A DNA stretch of 64,000 nt from Marsupella aquatica (lineage: Eukaryota > Plantae > Marchantiophyta). The stretch spans positions 20,610,160 to 20,674,159 of the forward strand of contig OZ316897.1 in the NCBI GenBank assembly GCA_973895155.1, written 5' to 3'. Shown piece after piece: positions 50,433 to 64,000 of the stretch. Each line of letters starts with the position of its first letter. The stretch's first letter is position 1. Position numbers and translations under genes: made by a program. Below the pieces are notes generated by a model that did no database searches, had not been told where the DNA came from, and saw only the letters and a list, made by a program, of their open reading frames with translations.

Positions 50433-53400
50433 TTGTTAGGGCGTCTCAAACCTGCCAGATCCTGTTTTTTTGGGGGCGTCCCGAGACTGAAAAGTGTGTC
50501 CGAAACGAGTGCCTGGACCGTTGGGACGGAAAGTAGGGGCAGGGGATTATTTGCTTTGATTGGGCTCTCAAGACCCAAACGCGGGTTAACCGCACATCAA
50601 CTCGACGTTTCGTTAACGAGTAACGATTAGGAGCCCAAGTCCAAAATCGCGTCAGCCACTATGATTCGAATGTCGAGAATCACAGCTTTTGCGTAAAATG
50701 TGAAGATCTTCGCCCGCGCTACCATGAATGTGCAGCCATTTTTTAGACGGATTTCAAACACTCATTTCCCCGTCTGAAAGCGAATCGATTGAGTCTCCCC
50801 AGTGCGTGAGGAACCATGGAGTGCAGGGGCGCCATTCACTCACCTTTTCAGTTCAGAAGTCAGGATCAAGCTCCTGCAGGCAACTGTACAGAACGAACAG
50901 TTCGAAGGAAGATATATCACATACGTGCATACACAATTCTCACATATTTCATCCACCACATTGAAGAAAGATGTCTTATGTAAAAAGTTCAAATGGCAAA
51001 TGCAGTCTATAGAAGCTCCATTAACGAACATCTGACGACCACAGAACACAGACCCATGATTTCGATCATCGAAGATTTTCTGATGATGTATGAGATTGGC
51101 AAAACAGATTCAACTCATTACCGAAGCATGGGCATTTCATTGACTTAAACCTCTCCAAACCTGTCACTCATCTCGTTATCAAGAAGTTTTGACGTCTTCA
51201 ATGCCATCACCCCAACATTACAGCTCCTTTCATACCATGGATAGACCGAAATACCCCCAAAATAGCACAGAGCCAAGTAAAACTTCATATTTGAATATAT
51301 AATTTCTCTGGACGGTTGTTTACTGTACAAAGGCGAAGACGATGTGAATTATCTTTACCACCCCACTCATACGAAAGTAAATCTGAAAAAAATTGTTTCC
51401 AAGAAATCTCCAACTCTTCCCACAAGGTCATGAAACCAGTCGTAGGTAGGAGTCCGTTCCAAGCGAGCAACGAACCCACTCAATCTAAATAAACACATGT
51501 AAATTATAGAAGAAAAGTCGTCCTCCGTGATCTCGCATTCATAAGTCTCCCCATCAATGGTGTCCTTTCCCTCGTGTGAGATTCATGAAAGTAGTGGATT
51601 AACTATATGGTCACTGTTTTTAACGTCTTGAAAATCATGTCATATTTACCAGCGCCTACGATACTTTGCTATCACAGTCATTACGCTCCACGTATTTGAA
51701 TTGAAGAGTGAAAAATACTTTTGTCAACTGGGTTTCACAATACGTAATATATCGCACATGAACTGAGCTGCAAGCCATTCAAGCTGAGCATAACCTAAAC
51801 TGAAGTTTGTGATCAATTGCGACAGCTGGCTTACTTATTATTCCGAGTCCGTGGGTCCCTGTGATAAACCGCTCAAGTTGCTCTGTTCAAGAAGCGGTAC
51901 TTGCATGCGAATTGCAGATGATGCCTTCACGAGAAATCTTCATAATACAGCAGTTCCTCACTCAGAGGTCCCCTATGAACTTCTCAGCTGTAGCCATCGC
52001 TCGGACTTGTTACAAATCTTCACGATTCTGAAGATCTTCACAATTGCATTCCCACAATCGAAGACCTAGGATACCAAATCCTGCACGGACAGGGACTCAA
52101 CAACGCTTTCCGTGCAAATGTAAAAGGCCCTCTTCATCCTGTAGTTTTCAGTCATCTTATTGTCCTCCTGTTAACTTCTGCATAAATTTAGACGATCCAA
52201 GAGCCACGACCTTAATCTTGATGAATAACTCAATTCATGCAATCAATTCTCTCCTTTCGCTCCGAACCCTAATTCAAGGACCAGAACAGGGGTTCCGTAC
52301 ACAACAAAGGACAACTGCCCTCTCGGGCTCTCACAGTAATTCGCATTCTGAGCTTCCTCCTAAGCTGCTTGAGAGCACTCTCACAACCACCACTTTCAAT
52401 TTTTCCGATATTGTTACTTAATCATCATTTGCAATTTTCCTCCTTGCCATCCCAAATTGGCAGGCGCATTAACCAACAGGACTCGGCAAAAAGAGAGAAC
52501 ATCACGCTCAGGAGACGACCTACGACTTGATGCTACAAATTCCGGTCAAGGAAACGATATGATGTGAGATTGCGGGAAGAACAAAGCGATCAGCAATGTC
52601 AGACACAGCAGCAGCAGCAGACCAGGATGTGGCAAACAGGAGGCGGAACAAAAGATGCGCTCTGAATGCTCACAATCGGGAATTCACAGAAGAGAGAGGG
52701 AGAAAGAGAGAGACCATAGATCGTGATGACGACCTCCCATGCTAAACAACACCTTCCGGCTAGAAATCCTCAGCAGCAGCAGCAGGACGAGGACAAAGAC
52801 AAGGACAACGACGACGACGATGCCAACAGAGACAGCAAAAGGGCCAACGAGAGGAAAGCAGCCCGATGCACAAACCGAGTCAAGCAAAAAGCATCAAAGC
52901 CAAGGGGACAATCAAGGCCGAGTCACACACAGATGCAGGAGGAAGACAGAATTCAAGGTCACGGACAAACCAAATCAAATCAAAACAAAACAAAGGAACA
53001 AACAGATGATCACACAATCAATCAATTCCATTGCTTCACGAACCAAGCAAACGAACAAACGAACAAGCGAACAACATTCTTACCTCATTCGTCATCAGCA
53101 GTACAAATCAGCCTGATTTTCTGCACCCTGGAATGCCGTTCTCCGGCAGCATGACCAGCAGCAGTGCGGCACCCTCCATCACTCCGGAAGAAAGCAAAGA
53201 AAGGCAGAACCGCAACAGAACCGCAATCCGAGATCGAGCGAGCGATGGAGGTACAGTACTGATCGAGGGATCGCGAGGGAAACGAAGGGGAGGGCGGCGT
53301 AGAGGAAAGGAAAGGAAAGGAAAGGAAAGGACGGGACTGAACTTTACTCTCTGTCCTCGAATCGTTTGTCTCAAGAGATGGGAGTCTCACGAGTCACGAA

Positions 53401-55689
53401 GGAGTATTAGTCTAATTATTATTAGCTTACCATCTTTCGTTCTTTTAATTAATGAGCCACTTGCCATGACAAAAAATGGTTCCACCTTATTTAGTATTTA
53501 CCTCACGGTAGAGGAAGTAATGTGAAAAAGAGAAGTTTTGGATATTTCTCCTTTTATATGGCCAGTGGTGGTTTAAAGCCTTCTATTGGGCTTGTGCAGA
53601 AAAGTCACCACAATTCTCCAAGGTTTGGCTAGGGTATCTATAATTATGCATTTGTCTGAGCTATCAGGGTACCGTAGAAGTGAGGGTAAAGGAGGTGAAA
53701 GGAGGGGAACTGAAGGCAAGGAACAAAACGAAGGGCTACAGTAGGTTCCATGGGGAGGAGGTAGGGGGTATGAGTATTCCCTCTCGCACCCCCTGGTCTG
53801 CATTTTGGTTGTATTTAAAAAACATATCTTTGTATCTAGTATTTGTAACATTAATTACAAGGGCTGTGAGCCAATCAGAAGAGAGTTTATACTTTTCTTG
53901 GAGAGTAAGAATTGCTAACTTTGAGGGATTAGGGGTAACGTAGGGACTAGACCTCTGCCCCCAAGCCATGGATGGAATCCATCACTAATGTTAGGTTATG
54001 CCTTTAGTATAACCTATTCACTTCCATAGTACTTCCATAGTTCCAGATTCCCATCGACCATGGATAGACCATGGGATCCAGTCTTATTTGTGCAAAGGTT
54101 GTGGATGGTGAGAGAGATCAAGTCAAAGCGGAACTAGGCTATAGAGGATGTACTTGATTATTCTTTCACGGCCATGGACATAACCCAGACAGGTTTTGAA
54201 CAATGTATTCTCTTTGTCTGTGTTGATTCCGTTGTATGTTGGAAGACATGGCCACTCAGTAAATCAGTAAACCAAGTTTCACCATTAATAATACACTAGT
54301 TTTTAGAACAAAATTGTGGAACAAAATGGCACAATAGAGGAGATGAGTGGAATTATGTGAAAAGGGAGACACTCCCCCTTTTATATGGCTAGTGGAATGT
54401 CCACTAACGATGACAAAACCAAGTTTCACCATTAATAATACTGTAATATTCCTGAAATTCTGGAACAAAATGGCACACAAGAGAAAGTTTCACCATTAAT
54501 AATGCACTATTCCTGAAATTCTGGAACACAATGGCACAATAGAGGAGAGGAGTGAGTGGAATGTGAAATGGGTTCTGTCACTATCGGGATGGGGAGAGAC
54601 TACTTAGTCTTCTTCCCCGTTTCAATTTAAGACAAAAAAAAGAATGTGAACAAAGGAGATTTTTCATTTCCTTCTATAAATCACAGGATTCACATTAAAT
54701 GCGGTTGCTTCCACTTGCTCTGTTAGTCGGTGGCTGCCGGAAGCCGGTAGTTGCAGGTTGGATGCCCAAAAAATGAAATTAAATACCTAAGAAGTACTAT
54801 CAATGTTGTCCTGCAGGCCATGGGCTAACAGTAGAGTGCAAGAGTGGGGAGACCCAGGTTCCCAGTTTGAAACTCACCTCCTTCCTATGCTTTATCACAC
54901 ACATCCCCCCAAAAGTGGGGTTCAGACACCTCTAGTGACACTTTTTCTTTTGATTCAAGCAGAGTTCACACACATAATCCCCCAAAAGTGGGGTTGAAAC
55001 CTCTCTAGTGACACTTAGAATTTCTCTTTAAAATTCCAGCAGGGACAGGGTCAATATTCACTAAAATCCAAAAGAGTTATAGAACACCATTAATATAGCA
55101 TGCTCATCCTGGAACATGCTTTATTTTTTTGTCTTGTAGTGATCTGAAAGTCAATAAAATATGAGAGCATAGAAGTGCTTATATAAGTAAAGTGTCTGCC
55201 AAGAAAAGCACAGTGACCAAGAAAAGGTACAGTCAAATGATGCTACTATGTGTGCACTTAACTCATGGTGCCTTATGAATGACACTCCTTTCAATAAAAA
55301 CCATAAACCTAGGAAAGAAAAAGATGAGGAGAAATTAAGAGGCTATGCATTCATGTTCTTCAGCATCATTTCTCTCACTCGTGGTGTGAAAGGAGGCTGC
55401 CAAAATAAGTTCAAAACACTCTAGAATACCTAAAAGTAAAGGGGTCTAAAAATTAATTAAAAATGTATAGAATACAAAGGCTGCCCCTTGATAAGGCAGA
55501 TTGAAATGAAAATAGACACAAAATCTGTATGACAAAATCTGAAATGTGCATTCACCATATATAACAGCTTCAAAAATTTCATTAAATATGCTAGAACACG
55601 TTACTCGTAGAAGTGAATGAGTGATACTTCCCCCTTTTAATATGGCAGTGACGCGGTAAGTTAGGCTAAAAGCCGGTGTTTGACGGAAA

Positions 55690-57046
55690 CTCCTTATTAG
55701 ACTCTCGCCTGGTCTTCGCTCCCTTGGAAAAACTTTTGCTGCAAGGAAACTTAAAGTATCGGACGGTCTTCACCTTGGTGCCTGGCTTTCTTCCTTCACT
55801 GAATCGAGCAGATCTTTGTGACTAGTTAATGTGTGAGCATTGAATCGAGCAGATCAGTTGTCTCGCGCAAGAATTTATCTTCGCTCAAGTTCTTACGCTT
55901 AAAGAGCTGCACGAGTCTAGAAGCGGTGCCTGCATGTTTTGGCCTTCTTTCCTCGGAAGAACTTGAGCTGGATATGTGCACAGAACTAAAGACGCTGCCG
56001 GAAAATTTTGGCCAACTCAAGGCTCTGACGAGGTTGAGTATATACGGTGCCGATAAGCTACAGGTGCTGCCCGATGACTTTGGGAAGTTACCTTCATTCA
56101 GACTTTTGACTCTAAACTGTCGACGTCTCAAAAGATTACCAGAGAGCTTCGGTCTTCTCTCTACCCTGCAAGAACTCCATATGGTTGACTGCCAAGCATT
56201 ACAAGTATTGCCAGATAATTTCGGCTCTCTACCCTGCAAGAACTCCATTTGCTTGGCTGCGAAGCATTACAAGAATTGCCAGATAATTTCGGTCTTCTCT
56301 CTACCCTGCGAGAACTCCATTTGGTTGGCTGCGAAGCATTACAAGTATTGCCAGACAATTTTGGTCTTCTCTGTGCCCTGCAAACACTGCGGTTGTTCAA
56401 TTGCACTCAATTTCGGAGGTTGCCAGACAATTTTGGCCAACTCGCGGCTCTTCAGTCTTTGGTCATAATGTCCGCCGACCTAGAGGAGCTGCCTAACAGT
56501 TTCTGCCTTTTGTCTGCCTTGCAAAAACTCAATCTGGATCATTGTGTGAAATTACAAAGACTGCCAGATAATTTCGGCCAACTCTCATCGCTCGAGACTT
56601 TGAGGGTAGCGGCCGACAACCTTGAGGAGCTACCGAACAGTTTAGGGGATCTCTCGTCACTGCAAGAACTGTGTGTCATGGGGCAAAGGTTGCAGAGCCT
56701 CCCGAGGATTATAGGGAAACTTCAGTCACTGAGGACGATAAAAGTTTGTGGGCGAAGTCTGAGAAGTTTACCGGAAGAGCTTGGCGACCTATCATCTCTG
56801 GAATTGTTGACAGTTCATAATTGTGTGGGCATAATGACCTTTCCGGACAGCTTACAACGCATTTCCGCCTTGAAAGCAATACCGATACGACCTTGCAGCT
56901 TGACAACTGACCGGGTCGGGCATTACTGGTGTCCATTGCTTACCAAGTCAGATGGGACCAAGATTGGATTTAAGCTGGCCCCTTTCTCATCTCGTGGACT
57001 TAAGATGCCCAGAAGAGTCCATCGGCACTTAACAGGGCCACCGTGA
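55690..57046 (+). pseudogene. NLR-type leucine-rich repeat region, frameshifted, lacking a start or upstream domains
   Basis: 24-aa LRRs (LQVLPDNFGLLSTLRELHLVGCEA) in ORFs 55833-56468 and 56249-57046, joined by a frameshift near 56230; near-identical 72-bp units at 56150-56380. Confidence 0.88.
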
Positions 57047-58075
57047 CTGCCCACCATAGCCCGGTTCCCGTCAAGGCCTACTCAGTAAACCACGCACTAA
57101 CTTGCAGAGTGAGTGTCTCGCAATTGGGCAAGCGCAGTAGACTCTAGCGGAAGTGCTTGGCGCAAGGGTTTAGGGAGGGAGAGTTGAACGCTGAATGTGT
57201 AAGGCATCTGGGAGGGAGAGTCGAGAGCGCCAGTTTTTGTGAGCCAAAGGAGGAGTTCGGGCAGTGTTTTCCTTCTTTACATTGCACAGCATGGTGGACG
57301 GCAATGCTGCATCATGGACGACAGGCTTCATTATTGGATTGCGCTCAGTGACTCAATGACTGAAGCGCTGGCGACCTCCAAGGTACCAGTACCTTATGGT
57401 TTCAATTTTTCTTTTGAAATTGAAGGGCCCACTTCTCTGCTCTTTCAATTTTTCTTTTGAAATTAAAGGGCCCACTTCTCTGCTCTGCTTGAGGTCGGCT
57501 ATGGTGCAATTGTGAACATTGCAGAATGTTAGCGGAAGCTGACTTCCCAGCTCTAAGGTACATTTTGATTTATTGAGGTCTGTTTGTTCAGTTGGAACTG
57601 TGGAAAATTTGGACTTAAGAGGGTGGGAAAGGCTGTCATTCTTGTGGGGCGGCAAGCAAAGCTTTGGAGAGTGCCATCAAACGTGAATCACAGCGGATTG
57701 AATTTCAGGGCACAATACCATTCCTTTCACAGTAGACGGTCAAAGAGAGGTACTCTTGCTCCCTGACTCAACGTGACTAAACCATTTGCATGCAATATGA
57801 ACCACAAATTTTGGGTTTTTTTCTTGCGTGTGCTTTCTTGCCAATGATGAAGTTTACCCTTCAGTTATCAGAATGCTGGTTGTGCTTCAGTAAAGGATTT
57901 ACAAGTAGCCTGTCATTTGTGTTCAGGCAATAACCTTAAATTGTTATGTTTGTAATGTAATGCAGGTTCAGGTATCATTTATGGATGAATTCTCTGTTTT
58001 GTTTTGCTGTGTGGGTAATTTACTTGTGCCTATGCCATGAGTGCACGCTTGCAAGGTGCAAGTACAAAGTAATGG

Positions 58076-58381
58076 GTGAATCAAGAGGAGGATGACACTT
58101 ATTTATCAGCTGATGAGGGGGATGATTGTAGTGTTGTATACAATTCCCTTTTCATGCCTCCTTTGCCAGACCATATTTTTACTGATCATGTGTGGGTAGA
58201 GGTGGCTTACATATTACCAGACTGGCAGCTTGCCCAATGTAGATGTGTTAGTCATGCATGGAGGAACTTGATTGATGTTACCTTCCCTTGGGGTTTAATC
58301 AATAATCGTGGTTTAATGGATGATCGTGATTTGGGTGCGTATGTCCTCATGACTGCTGGTATTGACATTGAGGATTACTGA
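58076..58381 (+). other. Short ORF with an F-box-like motif, probably a fragment
   Basis: LPDHIFTDHVWVEVAYILPDWQLAQCRCVSHAWRNLID fits the F-box consensus; no clear ATG or downstream domain. Confidence 0.45.
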
Positions 58382-58994
58382 AAGAGACTTTGATAATTCT
58401 TATCAATATTTTTTGTGACCAGTGCTTTAAACTCATTTGTAAAACACGCCATGAATGTGGGTTGTTTGCCCTCAATTATGTTTTAAACTCATTTGTAAAA
58501 CACACCATGAATGTGGGTTGTTTGCCTCAATTATGTTCACTGATCACAACACCTTCAGTTAGTACATTGTATACAATCTAAATGCACTACATACACATGA
58601 CAACGCCAAAATGTTGTAACCCTGTCCTCCAACTTACCTTCTGGAAATAACATATTCAATTCCCACAGTTATTCTCAAATTGTAGTGAAAACCTAAAGTC
58701 TACATTGCACTTTGGGAACTTCTGCTTTTTGAGCTAATAAAATTCACTATTGGACACGTCCAGAAAGTCCATACTTTTGTGGGGTGCCTTCCTTCACAGT
58801 CATGGATCACACCAAACAATTTGGGGGTCACTCGGACATTATCTCTCAATCCAAGAGAATTTTGGGTGAATAAAAAACTGCATTATGCACTTTTTATAGT
58901 GCCCGCAGTGAACTATGGTGCCCTATGTATTTTGCACAAGCATTTTGTGTACCATTACCAAGTTTTAGAAGATGAAACAAATGAAAAGTAAGTC

Positions 58995-59600
58995 TTTAGG
59001 GGTTTAGGGTTCCAGGGGACTGTTTAGTACTGCTTACACAGGGTTTGTCCCCCAAAGCTCTCCTCTGGCCGAGTTTAAAGTCTTGGGGTTTAAGGTTTCT
59101 TTTAGGGTTTACCCCCCAAAACTCTCCTTGCCCGAGTTTAAAGTCTTCCAGTTTAGGGTTTCTGTTAGGGTTATGTGAAGAATGAAAACTACAATATTGC
59201 ACAATCATACATATGCCTCTAAGGCTCTTTAAGAACATCCAAATGACGCTAATGGTTGTTTAGGGTCTTAGGGTTTTAGGGTTCAGGGCTCAATTTAGGG
59301 TAATTGGGTGGGTTTTCTGCATGGTCCTATGCTTTTATTGTTGTTGTAGGCTAGTGTGTAGTGAGATATAGCTTTGGCAGAACTTTGGTTCTTAAGTCTC
59401 TTTAAGAACTATTTTCTTACTTTAATTATCTTCTTATTTATGAAGAAAATGGAAAAATCTCCTTAGAAGAGTAGGTCTCGGGTTGCATAAGGGTATGGGG
59501 TTGAGAGTTTAAATGATATGGAAGGGTTTAGGGTTTAGGGTTTAAAGTCTTGGAGTTTAGGGTTTCTGTTAGGGTTTATCTGAAGAATGAAAACAAGAGG
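58995..59600. repeat. Degenerate TTTAGGG-containing repeat region
   Basis: Scattered TTTAGGG units (e.g. 59524-59543 GGGTTTAGGGTTTAGGGTTT) within duplicated blocks (59135-59190 vs 59540-59595). Confidence 0.65.
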
Positions 59601-62600
59601 GTTTTAAAATAGAGGAGATGTTATTTTATAACGTTCGAATAGTGTACTACCTCAATGTCCGTGCTTTGTGCAAAAAATGTTTTTGCATAAAAGTTTACCT
59701 TGCAAAAGAGATGTAAAAGAGTAAATGTCTTTCTACAAAATCAAGATGTTGTGAAAGGAAATATGTTATTATGAAAACAAAGTTGTTGTATAAAAGATTT
59801 TGCTGCATAAAGAGGTATTTGGATTTAAGATTTCATTGTATAAATGACATTGTTGTATAAAAGATGCAGTTTAGTAAATAATAAATTTACATGGCAAAAG
59901 ATTACAATGCAGAAAGTGAAAGACAAACATAACTAATATTGACTTGCACTGCTACCCCAATGGCATAACCCGATGCTGGCCCATCATACTCAACCTTTCG
60001 ATAAGGCTCTTTGCCTGGACTTCTTGTCAAAAGTGGTCTAGGTTGGGAATGCATTCCCATCCTACAGGCTCCTCTTTCAAAATCTCCTCTAACCAGGCCC
60101 TCCTGGGAAGTCCTTCTCTGCCTCTGCATTGGGATCAATAGCCAATTCCTGGTCTTCTGCCTCCAGAATCCCCTTGGACTGGATTCATGCTCCCTTCACA
60201 CATCTCATCAATACACCCCTCCACTCATTGAATACTTTGGTGTGCATTTTGGGGTGACAAGGGTGAATCCCTATTAATACTCCATATTACTTCTTCTGGG
60301 TAAATGGCCCAACTCTTGTACTTGGGCGATCGTTTGCTTGGCATGAGCCCAATTTGATCAGCCCAATTTTCATCATACCCATCAATCCCCAACTCCGCCA
60401 ACTCCCCTCCTGCAAAATGTGTGTTCATTGCCAGAGTTGGCTAACCACCCGGCCACACCGAGTCTACTAACCTGCTTATTGCTGCAGGAAGGATATACTC
60501 TCCTTTTGTCCAAAGAGATTCAAAGTTTTTGTGGTAATGGGATTCATTTTTGCTAACTTACCTTTAGTGACAATTGTTTCAAAAAGCTTTCCCACCTGGA
60601 ATTTTCATTTTTCATTTCTGATTTTGAGTTGATCGAGTTTCCCTTGATACTTTTCTAGAAGATGCGTTCATACATGCTCTATGTGCTGGTAAAGTTTTGG
60701 TTAAGGAAATGTGGTCCTAAAAAGTTCATGGTATGATTCTTTTCAACCAGAAATTAGTTTGCAGCAAATTTCTTAAGTTTTTTAAAATGCTTTTTACTCA
60801 CGTCTTTCAACATTATGATACTGTATCACTTGTGTTATTCAAGAAGTGTGTTTGATATTTAAACTGTCTAATGAATTCAGTTTATTGTTACCAAATTGTG
60901 TTGATCATGAGCCTGGTAGGCGATATTCAAACTAATGAGTTCAGTTTTGTGACCAAATTGTCGCGGTCAAGCCTGAGTTTAGTTTATTGTGACCAAATGG
61001 TTGTGGTCAAGCCTTTGGTAGGTAAACTCACAGGATGAAAATGTGACTGTCCAAAGTTCAGTTAAGACCAGAAACTTGTGTAATTCAAGCAATACATCTG
61101 ATATTTGAACTAATGGGTTCATCTTATTGCAATCAAACCATCTTGGTCCCGTGCTTGGTAGATAACTGAGAGGATGAGACCACTTCCACAAATGTTGACA
61201 TCATGTGCAAATGAAGTAAGGGGCAATTTATTCATTTTAGGGAAGTACTTAGAAGTAGCGAGGAAGTACGTAAGGGGGTAACAACTCAAAAGTGTCACTT
61301 GTCATCACATATTCATTGCTTGCCACATGTCAATAAGGATTTGGTGGTTTTTTGAGCTTCCTATTCCTTTTAGAGAGAATGGTTAAATAGTGGTGTTCGC
61401 ACAAGGTATACAACAATTTCATAAGGTGAGCCCCTCAAGGATATGGGTTACCCATAGGATCCAAATTTCACTGTCTATTAACACTAAAATTTCCCAAAAT
61501 TATGAAGTAAAGTGGCACCTTAGAGGAAAGAAGTGACTCAAATAATTAATATGAAAAAGGGAGTAGTCTTCCTCCTTATATCTGGGCAATTGTGGTTTAA
61601 GTCTTGAAAAACAATACCTGCCAGCCATAACCATGCACGTTTAAATCTAGAATACTCCAACGAGTTACACAGATGAGGGCCCACAGGATGTGCTAGGACC
61701 AGGTAGAGCTTGTTCGTAGTAACACTGCAAATACCGCTCCCCTTTTTAATCTTCCAGTCTAGTCCAATCTTTGTTAGTTTATGAAGTGCCTCAAATCCAG
61801 GCGGAAGTATTGCCAGGGAGATATATTACAGGGGATGCCTGTTTCTCTCCTGGTTCATTTCAGGTGACCGTGATCTCTTCTCTTCTCTTGCCAGCACCTG
61901 AACATTCCCAAAATCACCGGATTCCAAAAAGCTGTGTCTCTCGTGTACCCGCTTGTGTACTTGTCAGTCACTCATACGGTAATATATTCGGCTCGCCTCT
62001 TAACAAAATTTGGTAATCTATACGGAAAGTGTTGATGGCCTCTACAGTCAATATTTGAAGTCAGCTGTGTTTGTTTTCCAGGCGCCCTACTCTGTAAAGT
62101 CAATGTTTTGCAACAGTGTAGTGACCAGACCACTGACCAAAGAGGGTTTGGTCACAATAGGCTGAACTTAAAAGGAGCAAATATTAAATGTAGTTCACTT
62201 ATGTGACCAGGGACTGTTTTTCTGGTAATGGATGAGAATGAGGCTCAATTTAGAGTTTAGACCAGTAAGTTGAGGTTTTAGAATATATTGACTTAAAAGA
62301 TATTCTAAAATCTTATAAAAAATAATTTGTGATTAGATTATTCTTAGAAGTTTTGTTGCAAATTTCCATGATAGAATCATTATCCTTATTTTACGCACTC
62401 AAAAATGGACATACTTAATATTCTTGCATTGTCATGTTGATCGCTCTCATTTATCACAATGTTTCCTTCTTGTCCAATGGTCTTTGTGATTTGAATATCA
62501 TCAAATACCAATCTTAGGCGCACATTGTCAACTTCCACCAACAAACTTGTAGGACAAATTGGGTCTATTCTTGCATGCCCTACTCTATCCAGAATTGGTG

Positions 62601-64000
62601 ATAGATCCATTGTGACCCCCAATCCATGATTCATTGCCACATATTGCACCACATTGTCCTCTGGGATGGTGGCAATTGGTGCTCTATGTAGTCATCTCTC
62701 ATGCGTTGTGGACTAGCATGCAGCTTCAACGCACACATAACATGAATCCATTGGAAATTGAAAATCCCCCTCGGTTTTAAATGTTTTCCAAGCTTGCACC
62801 ATGTATGAAACTGTTAATTGACAATCCCTTACAATCACTACAAACATTTTTGTATACTCATTGTCATAGGAAATGGGCAAGTGTTTGATTCAACAAGCAC
62901 TCGCAATTACTCCTTCACATCATGGGGCCAAAGTACATCTCCAAATGAAGGAATGTCTATGAAAGTTGTATCCTGGAAAATGATTACATCCAAATGCCCT
63001 AGATAAAGTAGCAAAAGGCGGATTTGTAGCAAATGACTATGTCATCATTACCATTGGCTGAAGCAAACTCGAACTAGTTCAAAAGAATGTGATAAAAACA
63101 CTATCTATGAATGACCCTAATGGTCGAGCGCGTCCAACCACCTTAGCAAATGGTGCGGTGCAAGCAACGCATATGGCGCCGCTTGGCCCAGCAAATGCCT
63201 TGGAGGTAACTTGTTTGGCAAAAAAAAGGCCAAAGAATAAACAAGGAGAAAGAGGAGAGGAGAGATGAGGAGAGGCGAAAAGAGGAAAGGAAGAATGAGA
63301 GGGAATGAGAAAAATGAGTGATGGTCTCCCTTTTATGCTAATCTTGCTTACCCTAATTAATGTCACACCAACCTTAAACCCTATTTTGTACTTACCTTAA
63401 TTAAAAGCATACCTAATCCAAATGAGGCATAATGATTGAAATGAAAATTCAGATTTATGGTAAAAACCAATTCTATTAAAAAGGCCCACCCTAAATGGAT
63501 AAATAATCACACTCAATACAATGTTATACGTAATAATCCCCACCTTCTCACAAGGAAAAAGTAAAAAGAGTAATGAATAAAATCAACATAAGAAGACAAA
63601 CAAAGTTAAAAAACAAAACAATTGAATAAACACAAAAGACAAATGGAATGAATGTTTTCCTCAGCTCTTTCTTGATCCTAAGTAAGTCATTATGGTCTTG
63701 TCTCCATACTAATAGTGTATAAATTACATCTACAACTATAATAAGGGATCCCGCCTTTTTAGTCCTTCGTTCCCATACAAAAAAGCTTCTAGGTGGGAAA
63801 GATCCACAGCCGTTGGATTTGTGATTAACTGTTTTTGCTCACCATTGATGAGAGAAATGTACACCCCTATCACGTATTAATTTGTTTCCCTGCCCAGTAA
63901 TGCCCCCGTCCAATCCCTATGGGCCTGCCCTCCTTGCACAGTGCAAAGCATAGGGCTCGTGCATCAGAAATACCTTTGTTAACTCTTTAAAGTTTAGAAC

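Noticed and set aside
52684-53525. Several overlapping ORFs of 67-164 aa
   Set aside because: Low-complexity CAG/GAC/AAAC/GGAAA tracts typical of a 5' UTR/promoter, probably of the RRM gene.
58995-59600. True telomere or chromosome fusion scar
   Set aside because: At most two or three contiguous TTTAGGG units, embedded in a degenerate dispersed repeat.
59900-63100. Decayed minus-strand coding sequence (e.g. ORF 62386-62652), perhaps a transposon
   Set aside because: No recognisable motif; cannot support a family call.

Overview
Eukaryotic, intron-containing plant DNA, most likely a liverwort (inferred from an alpha/beta-hydrolase-NB-ARC 'HNL'-type NLR relic plus a front-end Delta6 desaturase). 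From left to right: (1) a large, decayed DNA transposon (<1 to ~11.2 kb) with two divergent genes, a Sola1/DUF7869-like DDE transposase carrying three Tnp1/En-Spm-like domains, and a spliced ParB-like + N4/N6 DNA-methyltransferase-like gene, with intronic arrays of one 25-bp palindrome; (2) LTR-retrotransposon debris; (3) a head-to-head pair made of a HeLo/SesA-like helical N-terminal-domain gene and an apparently intact TPR-CHAT (caspase-like) protease gene with a duplicated N-terminal exon; (4) a PDIL5-1-like single-thioredoxin gene; (5) an intronless cytochrome b5-fused Delta6-type desaturase; (6) a broken hydrolase-NB-ARC relic and a broken LRR relic 13 kb apart, flanking an antisense multi-exon RRM gene; (7) many minisatellites and repeat remnants. 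The best candidates for an undescribed system are the CHAT protease + HeLo-like effector pair and the ParB-MTase-carrying transposon. All family calls come from recognising motifs by eye; no database search was run.
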